Below, in pieces: positions 1 through 10,839 of a DNA stretch of 64,000 nucleotides. The translations under genes were made by a program, and so were the position numbers. Every line of letters starts with the position of its first letter. Position 1 is the first letter of the stretch. Source of the DNA: Escherichia coli. GTDB lineage: Bacteria > Pseudomonadota > Gammaproteobacteria > Enterobacterales > Enterobacteriaceae. The stretch is taken from NCBI RefSeq assembly GCF_003018115.1, contig NZ_CP027457.1; one strand, 5' to 3'. A model generated the notes under the pieces. That model did no database searches. It worked only from the letters and a program-made list of their open reading frames with translations, and was not told where the DNA came from.

Positions 1-1011
1 GAGGTAATGGAAAAGCTGATCCGCGAAGCTGATATCTTAGTCGAGAACTTTCATCCAGGGGCCATTGATCACATGGGCTTCACCTGGGAGCATATTCAAG
101 AAATCAATCCACGTCTGATTTTTGGTTCGATCAAAGGGTTTGATGAGTGTTCGCCTTATGTGAATGTAAAAGCCTATGAAAACGTTGCTCAGGCAGCGGG
201 TGGCGCGGCATCCACTACGGGTTTTTGGGATGGTCCGCCGCTGGTAAGCGCTGCAGCGTTGGGTGACAGCAACACCGGAATGCATTTGCTGATCGGTTTA
301 CTTGCTGCTTTGCTGCATCGCGAAAAAACGGGGCGTGGGCAACGAGTCACCATGTCAATGCAGGATGCCGTATTGAACCTTTGCCGCGTGAAATTACGTG
401 ACCAGCAGCGTCTCGATAAATTGGGTTATCTGGAAGAATACCCGCAGTATCCGAATGGTACATTTGGTGATGCAGTTCCCCGCGGTGGTAATGCAGGTGG
501 TGGCGGTCAGCCTGGCTGGATCCTGAAATGTAAAGGCTGGGAAACCGATCCTAACGCCTATATTTATTTCACTATTCAGGAGCAAAACTGGGAAAACACC
601 TGTAAAGCCATCGGCAAACCAGAATGGATTACCGATCCGGCATACAGTACAGCCCATGCACGACAGCCACATATTTTCGATATTTTTGCTGAAATCGAAA
701 AATACACTGTCACTATTGATAAACATGAAGCGGTGGCCTATTTGACTCAGTTTGATATTCCTTGTGCACCGGTTTTAAGTATGAAAGAAATTTCACTTGA
801 TCCCTCTTTGCGCCAAAGTGGCAGTGTTGTTGAAGTGGAACAACCGTTGCGTGGAAAATATCTGACCGTTGGTTGTCCAATGAAATTCTCTGCCTTTACG
901 CCGGATATTAAAGCTGCGCCGCTATTAGGTGAACATACCGCTGCTGTATTGCAGGAGCTGGGTTATAGCGACGATGAAATTGCTGCAATGAAGCAAAACC
1001 ACGCCATCTGA
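1..1011 (+). CDS. frc: Formyl-CoA:oxalate CoA-transferase, 5-prime end truncated by window edge
   Basis: In-frame ORF running from window start; translation reads as Frc C-terminal 330+ residues; followed by oxc as in the K-12 oxalate locus. Confidence 0.9.
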
Positions 1012-1064
1012 TATTAACGGGGGCTTCTGGCTCCCAATTTATAAAAATTTCGAGGTTATTAATC

Positions 1065-2759
1065 ATGTCAGATCAACTTCAAATGACAGATGGTATGCAT
1101 ATCATCGTTGAAGCATTAAAACAGAATAATATTGACACTATTTATGGTGTTGTAGGTATTCCTGTGACGGATATGGCACGCCATGCCCAGGCGGAAGGCA
1201 TTCGTTATATTGGTTTTCGTCATGAGCAGTCGGCAGGCTATGCCGCTGCGGCAAGCGGTTTTCTTACCCAAAAACCGGGGATCTGCCTGACAGTTTCTGC
1301 GCCAGGATTCCTCAATGGTTTGACCGCATTGGCCAACGCAACGGTAAATGGTTTTCCGATGATCATGATTAGCGGCTCCAGCGACCGCGCGATCGTCGAC
1401 CTACAGCAAGGTGATTATGAAGAGCTGGACCAAATGAATGCGGCAAAACCGTATGCCAAAGCAGCATTTCGCGTTAATCAGCCGCAGGATCTTGGCATTG
1501 CATTGGCACGCGCTATCCGGGTCTCCGTATCGGGTCGCCCTGGCGGAGTTTATCTTGATTTGCCAGCAAATGTCCTGGCCGCGACGATGGAAAAAGACGA
1601 AGCGTTAACCACGATTGTAAAAGTTGAAAATCCGTCGCCAGCATTATTGCCATGCCCGAAGTCAGTCGCTAGCGCAATTTCGCTTTTAGCAAAAGCTGAA
1701 CGACCATTAGTTATCCTTGGCAAAGGCGCGGCGTATTCACAAGCTGACGAACAGCTTCGTGAATTTATTGAAAGTGCCCAGATTCCATTCCTGCCAATGT
1801 CTATGGCGAAAGGGATCCTCGAAGATACGCATCCACTTTCTGCAGCAGCTGCGCGTTCGTTTGCCCTGGCAAATGCTGACGTTGTCATGCTTGTTGGTGC
1901 ACGACTGAATTGGTTACTGGCACACGGTAAAAAAGGATGGGCGGCAGATACACAGTTTATTCAACTGGATATTGAACCGCAGGAAATTGACAGCAACCGC
2001 CCTATTGCTGTGCCAGTCGTTGGCGATATTGCATCCAGTATGCAAGGTATGCTGGCAGAGCTGAAACAAAACACATTTACGACTCCACTGGTATGGCGCG
2101 ATATTTTAAATATCCACAAGCAGCAAAATGCACAAAAAATGCATGAAAAATTAAGTACAGATACCCAACCATTAAATTACTTTAATGCATTAAGTGCTGT
2201 GCGCGATGTATTGCGTGAGAACCAGGATATTTATTTAGTTAATGAAGGTGCAAATACCCTGGATAATGCACGAAATATTATTGATATGTATAAACCACGT
2301 CGTCGTCTGGATTGTGGTACCTGGGGTGTCATGGGCATCGGTATGGGCTATGCCATCGGTGCTAGCGTGACCTCTGGTTCTCCGGTTGTCGCCATTGAAG
2401 GTGATAGTGCTTTTGGTTTCAGTGGGATGGAGATTGAAACGATTTGTCGATATAACCTGCCGGTGACGATCGTTATTTTTAATAATGGCGGCATCTACAG
2501 AGGAGACGGTGTTGATCTCAGTGGCGCTGGTGCACCATCACCAACGGATCTGTTGCACCATGCAAGGTATGACAAATTAATGGATGCGTTTCGTGGCGTT
2601 GGCTATAACGTCACCACGACAGATGAACTTCGTCATGCTTTAACCACCGGTATTCAGTCGCGCAAACCGACCATTATTAATGTGGTCATCGACCCTGCAG
2701 CAGGAACTGAAAGTGGCCATATTACCAAACTTAACCCAAAACAAGTCGCTGGTAATTAA
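1065..2759 (+). CDS. oxc: Oxalyl-CoA decarboxylase (TPP-dependent)
   Basis: 564-aa ORF, ATG with upstream GAGG RBS; TPP-enzyme motifs; synteny frc-oxc-yfdV-yfdE. Confidence 0.93.
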   Translation: MSDQLQMTDGMHIIVEALKQNNIDTIYGVVGIPVTDMARHAQAEGIRYIGFRHEQSAGYAAAASGFLTQKPGICLTVSAPGFLNGLTALANATVNGFPMIMISGSSDRAIVDLQQGDYEELDQMNAAKPYAKAAFRVNQPQDLGIALARAIRVSVSGRPGGVYLDLPANVLAATMEKDEALTTIVKVENPSPALLPCPKSVASAISLLAKAERPLVILGKGAAYSQADEQLREFIESAQIPFLPMSMAKGILEDTHPLSAAAARSFALANADVVMLVGARLNWLLAHGKKGWAADTQFIQLDIEPQEIDSNRPIAVPVVGDIASSMQGMLAELKQNTFTTPLVWRDILNIHKQQNAQKMHEKLSTDTQPLNYFNALSAVRDVLRENQDIYLVNEGANTLDNARNIIDMYKPRRRLDCGTWGVMGIGMGYAIGASVTSGSPVVAIEGDSAFGFSGMEIETICRYNLPVTIVIFNNGGIYRGDGVDLSGAGAPSPTDLLHHARYDKLMDAFRGVGYNVTTTDELRHALTTGIQSRKPTIINVVIDPAAGTESGHITKLNPKQVAGN

Positions 2760-2828
2760 ATACTGACATCGTCTCCTCTTGCCAACTCATTATGCGATGG
2801 TGAGGGGACCCTTATCGGAAATACTATT

Positions 2829-3773
2829 ATGCTAACATTTTTTATTGGCGATTTATTGCCTATTATCGTAATCATGCTGTTGGGTTATTTTAGCGGCAGA
2901 CGAGAAACTTTTTCAGAAGATCAAGCCCGGGCATTTAATAAACTGGTATTAAACTACGCGCTTCCTGCAGCCCTATTTGTTTCTATTACCCGGGCAAACA
3001 GGGAAATGATTTTTGCGGACACTCGTCTGACCCTTGTATCACTCGTGGTTATTGTCGGATGTTTCTTTTTCTCCTGGTTCGGTTGCTACAAATTTTTTAA
3101 ACGTACTCATGCAGAAGCAGCTGTATGTGCATTAATTGCAGGTTCACCTACCATTGGATTCCTGGGGTTTGCAGTTCTCGATCCTATTTATGGTGATTCC
3201 GTATCAACAGGTTTAGTGGTAGCAATTATTTCTATTATTGTTAACGCAATTACTATTCCTATTGGTCTGTATTTGCTGAATCCTTCCTCAGGAGCGGATG
3301 GTAAGAAGAATAGTAATCTGAGCGCATTAATTTCTGCGGCAAAGGAGCCAGTTGTATGGGCACCTGTTCTGGCAACGATCCTGGTGTTGGTTGGGGTAAA
3401 AATTCCGGCAGCATGGGACCCAACCTTTAATCTGATTGCGAAGGCTAACTCAGGGGTAGCGGTATTCGCTGCGGGGTTGACTCTGGCTGCACATAAATTC
3501 GAGTTCAGTGCCGAAATTGCTTATAACACCTTCCTGAAGCTGATTCTGATGCCACTGGCACTGCTTCTCGTTGGTATGGCATGTCATTTGAACAGCGAAC
3601 ATCTGCAGATGATGGTACTGGCAGGCGCATTACCGCCGGCATTCTCCGGAATCATTATTGCCAGCCGGTTTAATGTCTACACCCGTACTGGTACAGCGTC
3701 ATTGGCTGTGAGCGTACTGGGTTTTGTCGTCACGGCTCCCTTGTGGATTTATGTCAGTCGACTGGTTTCATAA
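2829..3773 (+). CDS. yfdV: AEC-family membrane transporter (putative oxalate/formate-related)
   Basis: 314-aa highly hydrophobic ORF; position between oxc and yfdE. Confidence 0.85.
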
Positions 3774-3801
3774 TTAATCATGTTATTGATTTTACATAAA
3801 T

Positions 3802-3834
3802 GCCGAAGTGTCTTTTCACCTTCGGCTTTTTTCA
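3802..3834 (+). terminator. Rho-independent terminator after yfdV
   Basis: GC stem gccgaag..cttcggc followed by TTTTTT. Confidence 0.6.
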
Positions 3835-3846
3835 AGGCATAAGCAA

Positions 3847-4992
3847 ATGACAAATAATGAAAGCAAAGGGCCGTTTGAAGGCTTATTAGTTATCGATATG
3901 ACACATGTCCTTAATGGACCTTTCGGAACTCAACTTCTTTGTAATATGGGCGCACGGGTAATTAAAGTTGAGCCGCCGGGCCATGGTGATGATACCCGCA
4001 CATTTGGTCCCTATGTGGATGGACAGTCACTCTATTACAGTTTTATTAATCATGGCAAAGAGAGTGTGGTTCTTGATTTAAAGAATGATCACGATAAAAG
4101 TATATTTATAAATATGCTTAAACAAGCTGATGTATTAGCTGAGAATTTTCGCCCAGGTACAATGGAAAAACTAGGGTTTTCATGGGAAAGGTTACAAGAA
4201 ATCAACCCGCGCCTCATATATGCTTCATCGTCAGGTTTCGGACATACCGGTCCGCTAAAAGATGCTCCTGCCTACGATACCATCATTCAGGCAATGAGCG
4301 GGATAATGATGGAAACAGGGTACCCTGATGCTCCGCCAGTGCGTGTTGGTACCTCTCTTGCGGATCTATGCGGCGGTGTTTATTTATTCAGCGGAATAGT
4401 GAGTGCACTTTATGGCCGCGAAAAGAGCCAAAGAGGGGCGCATGTCGATATAGCGATGTTTGATGCCACGCTGAGTTTTCTGGAGCATGGTCTGATGGCA
4501 TATATTGCGACAGGGAAGTCACCACAACGCCTGGGAAATCGCCATCCCTACATGGCACCTTTTGATGTTTTCGATACTCAGGATAAGCCGATTACGATTT
4601 GTTGTGGTAATGACAAGCTTTTTTCTGCGTTATGCCAGGCACTGGAGCTTACGGAACTGGTTAATGATCCCAGATTTAGCAGCAATATTTTACGCGTACA
4701 AAACCAGGCTATTCTTAAACAATATATTGAGCGGACGTTAAAAACGCAGGCAGCTGAAGTTTGGTTAGCCAAAATACATGAAGTCGGTGTGCCCGTAGCG
4801 CCGTTATTAAGTGTGGCTGAGGCCATTAATTTGCCACAAACTCAGGCGAGAAATATGTTGATTGAAGCCGGAGGAATAATGATGCCGGGTAATCCGATAA
4901 AAATCAGCGGCTGCGCGGACCCGCATGTTATGCCGGGAGCGGCAACGCTCGACCAGCATGGGGAACAAATTCGCCAGGAGTTCTCATCATAA
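3847..4992 (+). CDS. yfdE: Acetyl-CoA:oxalate CoA-transferase (type III CoA-transferase family)
   Basis: ORF-track frame 3808..4992; start placed at internal ATG (MTNNESKG...) downstream of the terminator; paralogous to frc. Confidence 0.88.
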   Translation: MTNNESKGPFEGLLVIDMTHVLNGPFGTQLLCNMGARVIKVEPPGHGDDTRTFGPYVDGQSLYYSFINHGKESVVLDLKNDHDKSIFINMLKQADVLAENFRPGTMEKLGFSWERLQEINPRLIYASSSGFGHTGPLKDAPAYDTIIQAMSGIMMETGYPDAPPVRVGTSLADLCGGVYLFSGIVSALYGREKSQRGAHVDIAMFDATLSFLEHGLMAYIATGKSPQRLGNRHPYMAPFDVFDTQDKPITICCGNDKLFSALCQALELTELVNDPRFSSNILRVQNQAILKQYIERTLKTQAAEVWLAKIHEVGVPVAPLLSVAEAINLPQTQARNMLIEAGGIMMPGNPIKISGCADPHVMPGAATLDQHGEQIRQEFSS

Positions 4993-5014
4993 ATGTAAGA
5001 TGTGCTGGTAAATA

Positions 5015-5040
5015 GCTCCCACATTTGAACATTGTGGGAG
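5015..5040. other. Hairpin between convergent yfdE and evgS (possible bidirectional terminator)
   Basis: Inverted repeat ctcccaca..tgtgggag; weak flanking T/A runs. Confidence 0.3.
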
Positions 5041-5047
5041 CCACTAT

Positions 5048-8000
5048 TTAGTTATTTTGTTGACAGAAAACAGCAATCTCCTGGTCCAGCTCTGCAATGT
5101 GTTCTTTTACAGAGTTCAGCAACTGAAGAATTTCAGGCTTACTGTCATCTGAAACAGGTGTTATTTCTAACTGATGGCTAATATTAATCAACTTTTGCAA
5201 ATTCAGGATGTTAGCCGCACCGTGGATGCGATGAATACACTGATGGAAAGTTCTATTATCGCCAGCTTCTAGTGCATGAAACGCAGCGGATAAATCTTTA
5301 TGTGTTTCATGCTGGAAAGTCATGAGAATCTCCTGCATCAGTTGTAGATCGTTCGCCGTATTATTTTTCAGGGCCTCGATATCAAGGTGGCGATACTGAG
5401 GTACAATATGCGCAACCTGGTGTAACTGACTTAAATGTGTTTTCAGTACATCCAGGGTCAACGGTTTGAACAAACATAAGTTCATGCCGCAATTTAACCC
5501 TTTTTCACGTTCGTTAGCCTGTGCGTTGGCTGTAAGCCCCCAGATGGGTAAGGACGAATTTTGCTCACGGAGTTTGCGAGTCAACTCAAAACCATCCATA
5601 TTCGGCATATTAACGTCAGTAATAAGCAGATCATAATGTTGCATACTGACTTTGTGTAGCGCTTGCACACCATCAGTGGCTTCGTCAACATCATATCCTA
5701 ATAGATTTAGCTGGCGTTTGAGTAATAGCCTGTTGGTCGGATGATCATCCGCGATTAATATGCTCAACTTTTCAGGTAGTGTGATAGGTTGTTCTGCTTT
5801 TGCCTCGACAGCCGCCACTTGTTGGGTAATTTCTACCGGGATTGTGATCGTAAATGTTGTTCCTATGCCTGGATGACTTTCTAATGACAAATCACCCTGC
5901 ATGTTTTTAATTAATTCTTTGCAGATCATTAAGCCTAAACCAGAACCTGTTTGCTGACGACCTGCACTTGTTTGGCTATAACGTTTAAACAGTTGTTGTT
6001 GTTCTTCCTGTGATAATCCACTTCCAGAATCCATAATCGTCATTTTGATTACAGCGTGGTTGTCATCAATGTGACCCAGGGAGGTCGTAATTTTTACTGC
6101 CCCCTCGGTGGTAAATTTGAGAGCATTACTCAGTAAATTTGATAAGACCTGCTTAAACGCCTGAGGGTCGATCTTAACTAGGTAATGTTCAGGAAACGTA
6201 CTGCTGCAACTTAATGCGATCGATTTGCTTGCAGCAATCGCACCGAAAGAGTGACAAGTGTTCTGGACTAAAGTAGGAATATCGACCCATTGTGGTTGAA
6301 GTTGATAGTTACCCGATTCAATTTTGTCGACATCAAGGATTTCACCAATTAAGCCGAGGAGTGATTGTCCGGTGGCGTAGGCAAGTGAAATCGCCTCCAC
6401 CCGTTGTTCCTTGCTAAGACCAGAACCCGACAGAAGTTCCAGGAAGCCCATAATAGAGCTTATTGGTGTTCTTATTTCGTGACTCATCGTTGCCAGAAAC
6501 TGACTTTTTGCTACGGTAGCCTTTATCGCTTTATTTTTTTCTACCTCGAGTGCATTAATTAGATCACGCGTTTCAGTAATATCTTGCCAACCACAAATAT
6601 ATACTGCATTGTCACTTGCAGGAAGATTGCATAATGTATGCCAGTGATTAATGCATCTTTTCTCGATGCCATTATCAATTTCAAATACCTGTGTGTATAT
6701 TGTTCGGTTTTCTTTCGTCTCTGCTGTGACTTCATGCGTATTAGAAAAAACATCTTTAAAGGGTGATTCACTGTTTTCTAATGGCAACATTGCATTTTTG
6801 TAGTAATCAGCAGTGAAATAATGTTCAAATGCACTATTGTGACTAATGACATTACCTTGCCAGTTTACAACATAAGTTGGATTCGGTAAGGAGTCCGAGA
6901 GCGCTTTCCGGAATGATATTTGGTTTTCTAAATCACCCTGAATGACTTTACGACGACGAACTGAGCGTAACAGGTAGAATCCCCATAAAAGGCTACTGCC
7001 AACTAATAAAACGGATAATGTCGTAACAATATAAAATTGCTCGCTATAGAGGTCCCATGTGTCAATGGTCACATTGGGCATTTTAATCCATTTTTCCGTC
7101 AGGCGCAGAACTTCGCTTGGGGGGATTGCATTCAGTGCTTTATTAATAATATCCTTAAGTTCCGGTTCTCCGCGAGGAAAAGCGAACGAAAGCGATGCAT
7201 TCGGAACGCCGGGAATAAGAAAATGATAAAGTTCATTAGGATAGTAATGGTCGATCATGTAACGCGAATTTAGCTGTGTCGCGACCAGAGCATCAAGTTC
7301 ACCTTCCTTGACCTTGTGAAATGCAGCGCTGGCGTTATCGACTTTTATCCACTCTACCTCCGGATACATCTCTTTTAATTGCGAATGCAGCTCATAATAA
7401 TATGGAATGGCAACTTTCATTCCTTTTTTTAATGTTTGTTCACTGTCAGGCGCTTTTTGCATGACAAAAACGTAAGGCGTTGTTATGAAGGCTTCAGCAA
7501 ATAAAACATTATTTTCTCTATCTTCACTATAAATAGCACCGGGTAATATATCCCATCCGCCGGGATTCAGCTGTGTTCCGGCATGGATATTGTGTGAAAC
7601 GGTGATCGGAGAAAAATTTAAACCTGTTTGCAAGGTAATAATATTAAGAATGTCCCCCATAACGCCCCGAACCGAGCCATTTTCATCCGTCATAGAATAG
7701 GGGGGCGAGTAAGGATTTTCCAGCACCTTTAAATCGGGATGCTGCTTAATCCACTGTTTTTCATGTTCAGTGAGTTCTAATGGCTTGTTCAGAAAGGCTA
7801 GGTTTCCTGTATCAAGCCAATTTTGTGATACTTCATAGCGAACTTCATTTGTTAAAGCATCAACAAATCGATTGAGTACTTCATTAAGAATGACAGATTC
7901 TTTTCTGGTTAAGAAGAAGTTATATTGACGCGGTGAGTTATAATATTTCACTACATTTAAGGAGTGAGTGAAATAGCGGGAAATCATACTGCTGGTAATG

Positions 8001-8641
8001 ATGTTACTACCAATAAAGTAATCATTCTGTCCGGCTGAGACGGATGCTAATGCCTGATATAAATTTGTAAAAGAGATAATTGTTGCTTTTGGAAATGATT
8101 GATGAATTATCTCGTCAGGGGGATAATTTGCTACTCGAGCAATATTTACTGGTTTTGATGAGGTAAGCGGTCGCATTGAATCGTGAAGGGTGGTGACCAG
8201 CGCCGGAAAGGTAATTATCAGTGGTTTGGTTGCAGCAATGTCATCATTAAGAGGCGGCGAAGCAACTAAATGTGATAACACTATATCGACTTCACCTTCT
8301 TCCAGCGCGTCCATTGCTTTTTGATGATCGGCGTATTCCCGGAGTGTTAATTTGATATTTAACGCTCTTTTTAAAAGATTTAAATAATCAGCATTAATAC
8401 CACGAACCCGTTGCTGCGAATCGGTATGCAACAACGTAGCCGTTTGGGACTTATGTACTGCAATCACAAGATTTTTTTTGCTCGCTAACCAACGTAATTC
8501 CTTGTTGCTCAGACGTAGTGGATCAAGTGTGACACGGTTGTTACTACTGATGCCACGATATTCGATGTAATCTTCGTCTGCGAAACTTATGGTCGACCAA
8601 AGACCACAACAGAGAAGAAAAATATAGGGTAAAAACTTCAT
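5048..8641 (-). CDS. evgS: Hybrid sensor histidine kinase EvgS (periplasmic binding-protein-like domains, HisKA/HATPase, receiver, HPt)
   Basis: 1197-aa ORF; H-box SHEIRTP, receiver domain with DVNMPNMDG, C-terminal HPt; 2 bp downstream of evgA. Confidence 0.95.
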   Translation of the reverse strand: MKFLPYIFLLCCGLWSTISFADEDYIEYRGISSNNRVTLDPLRLSNKELRWLASKKNLVIAVHKSQTATLLHTDSQQRVRGINADYLNLLKRALNIKLTLREYADHQKAMDALEEGEVDIVLSHLVASPPLNDDIAATKPLIITFPALVTTLHDSMRPLTSSKPVNIARVANYPPDEIIHQSFPKATIISFTNLYQALASVSAGQNDYFIGSNIITSSMISRYFTHSLNVVKYYNSPRQYNFFLTRKESVILNEVLNRFVDALTNEVRYEVSQNWLDTGNLAFLNKPLELTEHEKQWIKQHPDLKVLENPYSPPYSMTDENGSVRGVMGDILNIITLQTGLNFSPITVSHNIHAGTQLNPGGWDILPGAIYSEDRENNVLFAEAFITTPYVFVMQKAPDSEQTLKKGMKVAIPYYYELHSQLKEMYPEVEWIKVDNASAAFHKVKEGELDALVATQLNSRYMIDHYYPNELYHFLIPGVPNASLSFAFPRGEPELKDIINKALNAIPPSEVLRLTEKWIKMPNVTIDTWDLYSEQFYIVTTLSVLLVGSSLLWGFYLLRSVRRRKVIQGDLENQISFRKALSDSLPNPTYVVNWQGNVISHNSAFEHYFTADYYKNAMLPLENSESPFKDVFSNTHEVTAETKENRTIYTQVFEIDNGIEKRCINHWHTLCNLPASDNAVYICGWQDITETRDLINALEVEKNKAIKATVAKSQFLATMSHEIRTPISSIMGFLELLSGSGLSKEQRVEAISLAYATGQSLLGLIGEILDVDKIESGNYQLQPQWVDIPTLVQNTCHSFGAIAASKSIALSCSSTFPEHYLVKIDPQAFKQVLSNLLSNALKFTTEGAVKITTSLGHIDDNHAVIKMTIMDSGSGLSQEEQQQLFKRYSQTSAGRQQTGSGLGLMICKELIKNMQGDLSLESHPGIGTTFTITIPVEITQQVAAVEAKAEQPITLPEKLSILIADDHPTNRLLLKRQLNLLGYDVDEATDGVQALHKVSMQHYDLLITDVNMPNMDGFELTRKLREQNSSLPIWGLTANAQANEREKGLNCGMNLCLFKPLTLDVLKTHLSQLHQVAHIVPQYRHLDIEALKNNTANDLQLMQEILMTFQHETHKDLSAAFHALEAGDNRTFHQCIHRIHGAANILNLQKLINISHQLEITPVSDDSKPEILQLLNSVKEHIAELDQEIAVFCQQNN

Positions 8642-8645
8642 GTGG

Positions 8646-9260
8646 TTAGCCGATTTTGTTACGTTGTGCGAATGTGTAAAGATCCATCAGTGATTTACAT
8701 TCTAATTTTTCCATCAGGCGACTTTTATAAGTGCTGACAGTTTTGTTGCTGATGAACATTTTTTCAGCAATGTCATTATTATCCTTGCCATCAAGAATAT
8801 AGCGCATGACACTAATTTCTTGTTTCGATAAGGAGTCGAGTTTTTGCTGGTCGGACGTTAAACTTCCAACAAACCGGTTGAGAGAGAAGGGGAAATAGCA
8901 GTAGCCATTTTTTGCAGCTTCAATAGCCGCAATGATATTGTTCATGCCTTCTTTTTTACTCACGAAACCATTAGCGCCAGCATCAGCACAATGTTTCCCG
9001 TAAAAATGGTCATTTTTAGCGGAAACGATAATAATAATTCCGCTATATTGACGCTTTCTCAGCGTTTCTAACACCTGGATACCGTTAACTCCGGGGATAT
9101 CGACATCAATGATGACGATATCAGGCTTAAGTGTTTCCACCCGCTGAACGGCACTTCCGCCTTCAGTCAACTCTGCTAAGATTTCAATATCGTTTTTGAT
9201 CAATAAATTACGAATTGCTGCGATAGCAAGAGGATGGTCATCAATAATTATTGCGTTCAT
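8646..9260 (-). CDS. evgA: Response regulator EvgA (receiver + LuxR-type HTH)
   Basis: 204-aa ORF starting MNAIIIDDHPLA; operon with evgS. Confidence 0.95.
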   Translation of the reverse strand: MNAIIIDDHPLAIAAIRNLLIKNDIEILAELTEGGSAVQRVETLKPDIVIIDVDIPGVNGIQVLETLRKRQYSGIIIIVSAKNDHFYGKHCADAGANGFVSKKEGMNNIIAAIEAAKNGYCYFPFSLNRFVGSLTSDQQKLDSLSKQEISVMRYILDGKDNNDIAEKMFISNKTVSTYKSRLMEKLECKSLMDLYTFAQRNKIG

Positions 9261-9484
9261 AGATTATTCCCTTTGCAATGAAGCATCTCCCTTCTCCCTG
9301 TAGTAATACAGACATAAGGCATCATCTCATTTTCTCAATAAAAATAAGAAAATTTGAGCTTCCTTTAAGATAATTCGACAAGTATACCATATAAATAGTC
9401 GGCATATATGAAATGTCAACAATAAAATCAGGGATTGTACCGATGATTTATAGTTTCACATTAGCACTATAAGTCTTCTCACTA

Positions 9485-9502
9485 ATCCTACAGGCGTAAG
9501 AA
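9485..9502. promoter_or_regulatory. Putative EvgA box in evgA-emrK divergent intergenic region
   Basis: atcctacaggcgtaagaa matches inverted-repeat consensus TTCYTACA-N2-TGTARGAA at most positions. Confidence 0.5.
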
Positions 9503-9675
9503 TTGTATTGCAAAAGCCACGGTTTAGTCCTCTGTTGTTTTTTTTGCACCTCATTTAAATTAGGCCTCCAACGTTCCTGGGATAATGTGCAACACATGCA
9601 CTGTGTTTGATATGAAGAATGAATACTCTTTTCATTCAATTCATAAATTTCATCTATGCGAAATGAGAGATAATA

Positions 9676-10839
9676 GTGGAACAGATTAATTCAAATAAAA
9701 AACATTCTAACAGAAGAAAATACTTTTCTTTATTGGCGATAGTTTTATTTATTGCGTTTTCAGGTGCTTATGCCTATTGGTCAATGGAATTAGAAGACAT
9801 GATTAGTACAGATGACGCCTATGTCACGGGGAATGCAGATCTAATTTCTGCACAAGTCTCAGGTAGTGTCACTGTAGTTAATCATAAAGATACGAACTAC
9901 GTTCGACAGGGTGACATTTTAGTTTCACTGGATAAAACTGATGCCACTATCGCACTCAATAAAGCTAAAAATAATCTGGCAAATATTGTTCGGCAAACGA
10001 ATAAACTGTACTTACAGGATAAACAATACAGTGCCGAAGTCGCTTCAGCACGTATTCAGTATCAACAATCTTTAGAAGATTATAACCGTCGTGTGCCTTT
10101 AGCGAAGCAGGGGGTTATTTCAAAAGAAACGCTGGAGCATACCAAAGATACGTTAATAAGTAGCAAAGCGGCATTGAATGCCGCTATCCAGGCTTATAAA
10201 GCGAATAAAGCTTTAGTAATGAACACACCATTAAACCGTCAGCCACAAGTCGTTGAAGCGGCGGATGCAACTAAAGAAGCCTGGTTGGCGCTTAAACGTA
10301 CGGATATTAAGAGTCCGGTTACCGGCTATATTGCCCAGAGAAGTGTTCAGGTCGGCGAAACAGTGAGCCCCGGACAATCGTTAATGGCTGTCGTACCGGC
10401 ACGTCAAATGTGGGTTAATGCCAACTTTAAAGAAACACAACTCACAGATGTACGGATTGGTCAATCGGTCAATATTATCAGCGATCTTTATGGTGAGAAT
10501 GTTGTGTTTCATGGCCGGGTGACAGGGATCAATATGGGAACCGGCAATGCGTTCTCCTTATTACCTGCACAAAATGCGACAGGGAACTGGATCAAAATCG
10601 TTCAGCGTGTACCGGTTGAAGTTTCTCTTGATCCAAAAGAACTCATGGAACACCCCTTGCGCATTGGTTTATCGATGACTGCAACTATTGATACGAAGAA
10701 CGAAGACATTGCTGAGATGCCTGAGCTGGCTTCAACCGTGACGTCCATGCCGGCTTATACCAGTAAGGCTTTAGTTATCGATACCAGTCCGATAGAAAAA
10801 GAAATTAGCAACATTATTTCGCATAATGGACAACTTTAA
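9676..10839 (+). CDS. emrK: Multidrug efflux membrane fusion protein EmrK
   Basis: 387-aa ORF, N-terminal TM anchor then coiled-coil/HlyD-like region; 1-nt overlap with emrY. Confidence 0.92.
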   Translation: MEQINSNKKHSNRRKYFSLLAIVLFIAFSGAYAYWSMELEDMISTDDAYVTGNADLISAQVSGSVTVVNHKDTNYVRQGDILVSLDKTDATIALNKAKNNLANIVRQTNKLYLQDKQYSAEVASARIQYQQSLEDYNRRVPLAKQGVISKETLEHTKDTLISSKAALNAAIQAYKANKALVMNTPLNRQPQVVEAADATKEAWLALKRTDIKSPVTGYIAQRSVQVGETVSPGQSLMAVVPARQMWVNANFKETQLTDVRIGQSVNIISDLYGENVVFHGRVTGINMGTGNAFSLLPAQNATGNWIKIVQRVPVEVSLDPKELMEHPLRIGLSMTATIDTKNEDIAEMPELASTVTSMPAYTSKALVIDTSPIEKEISNIISHNGQL

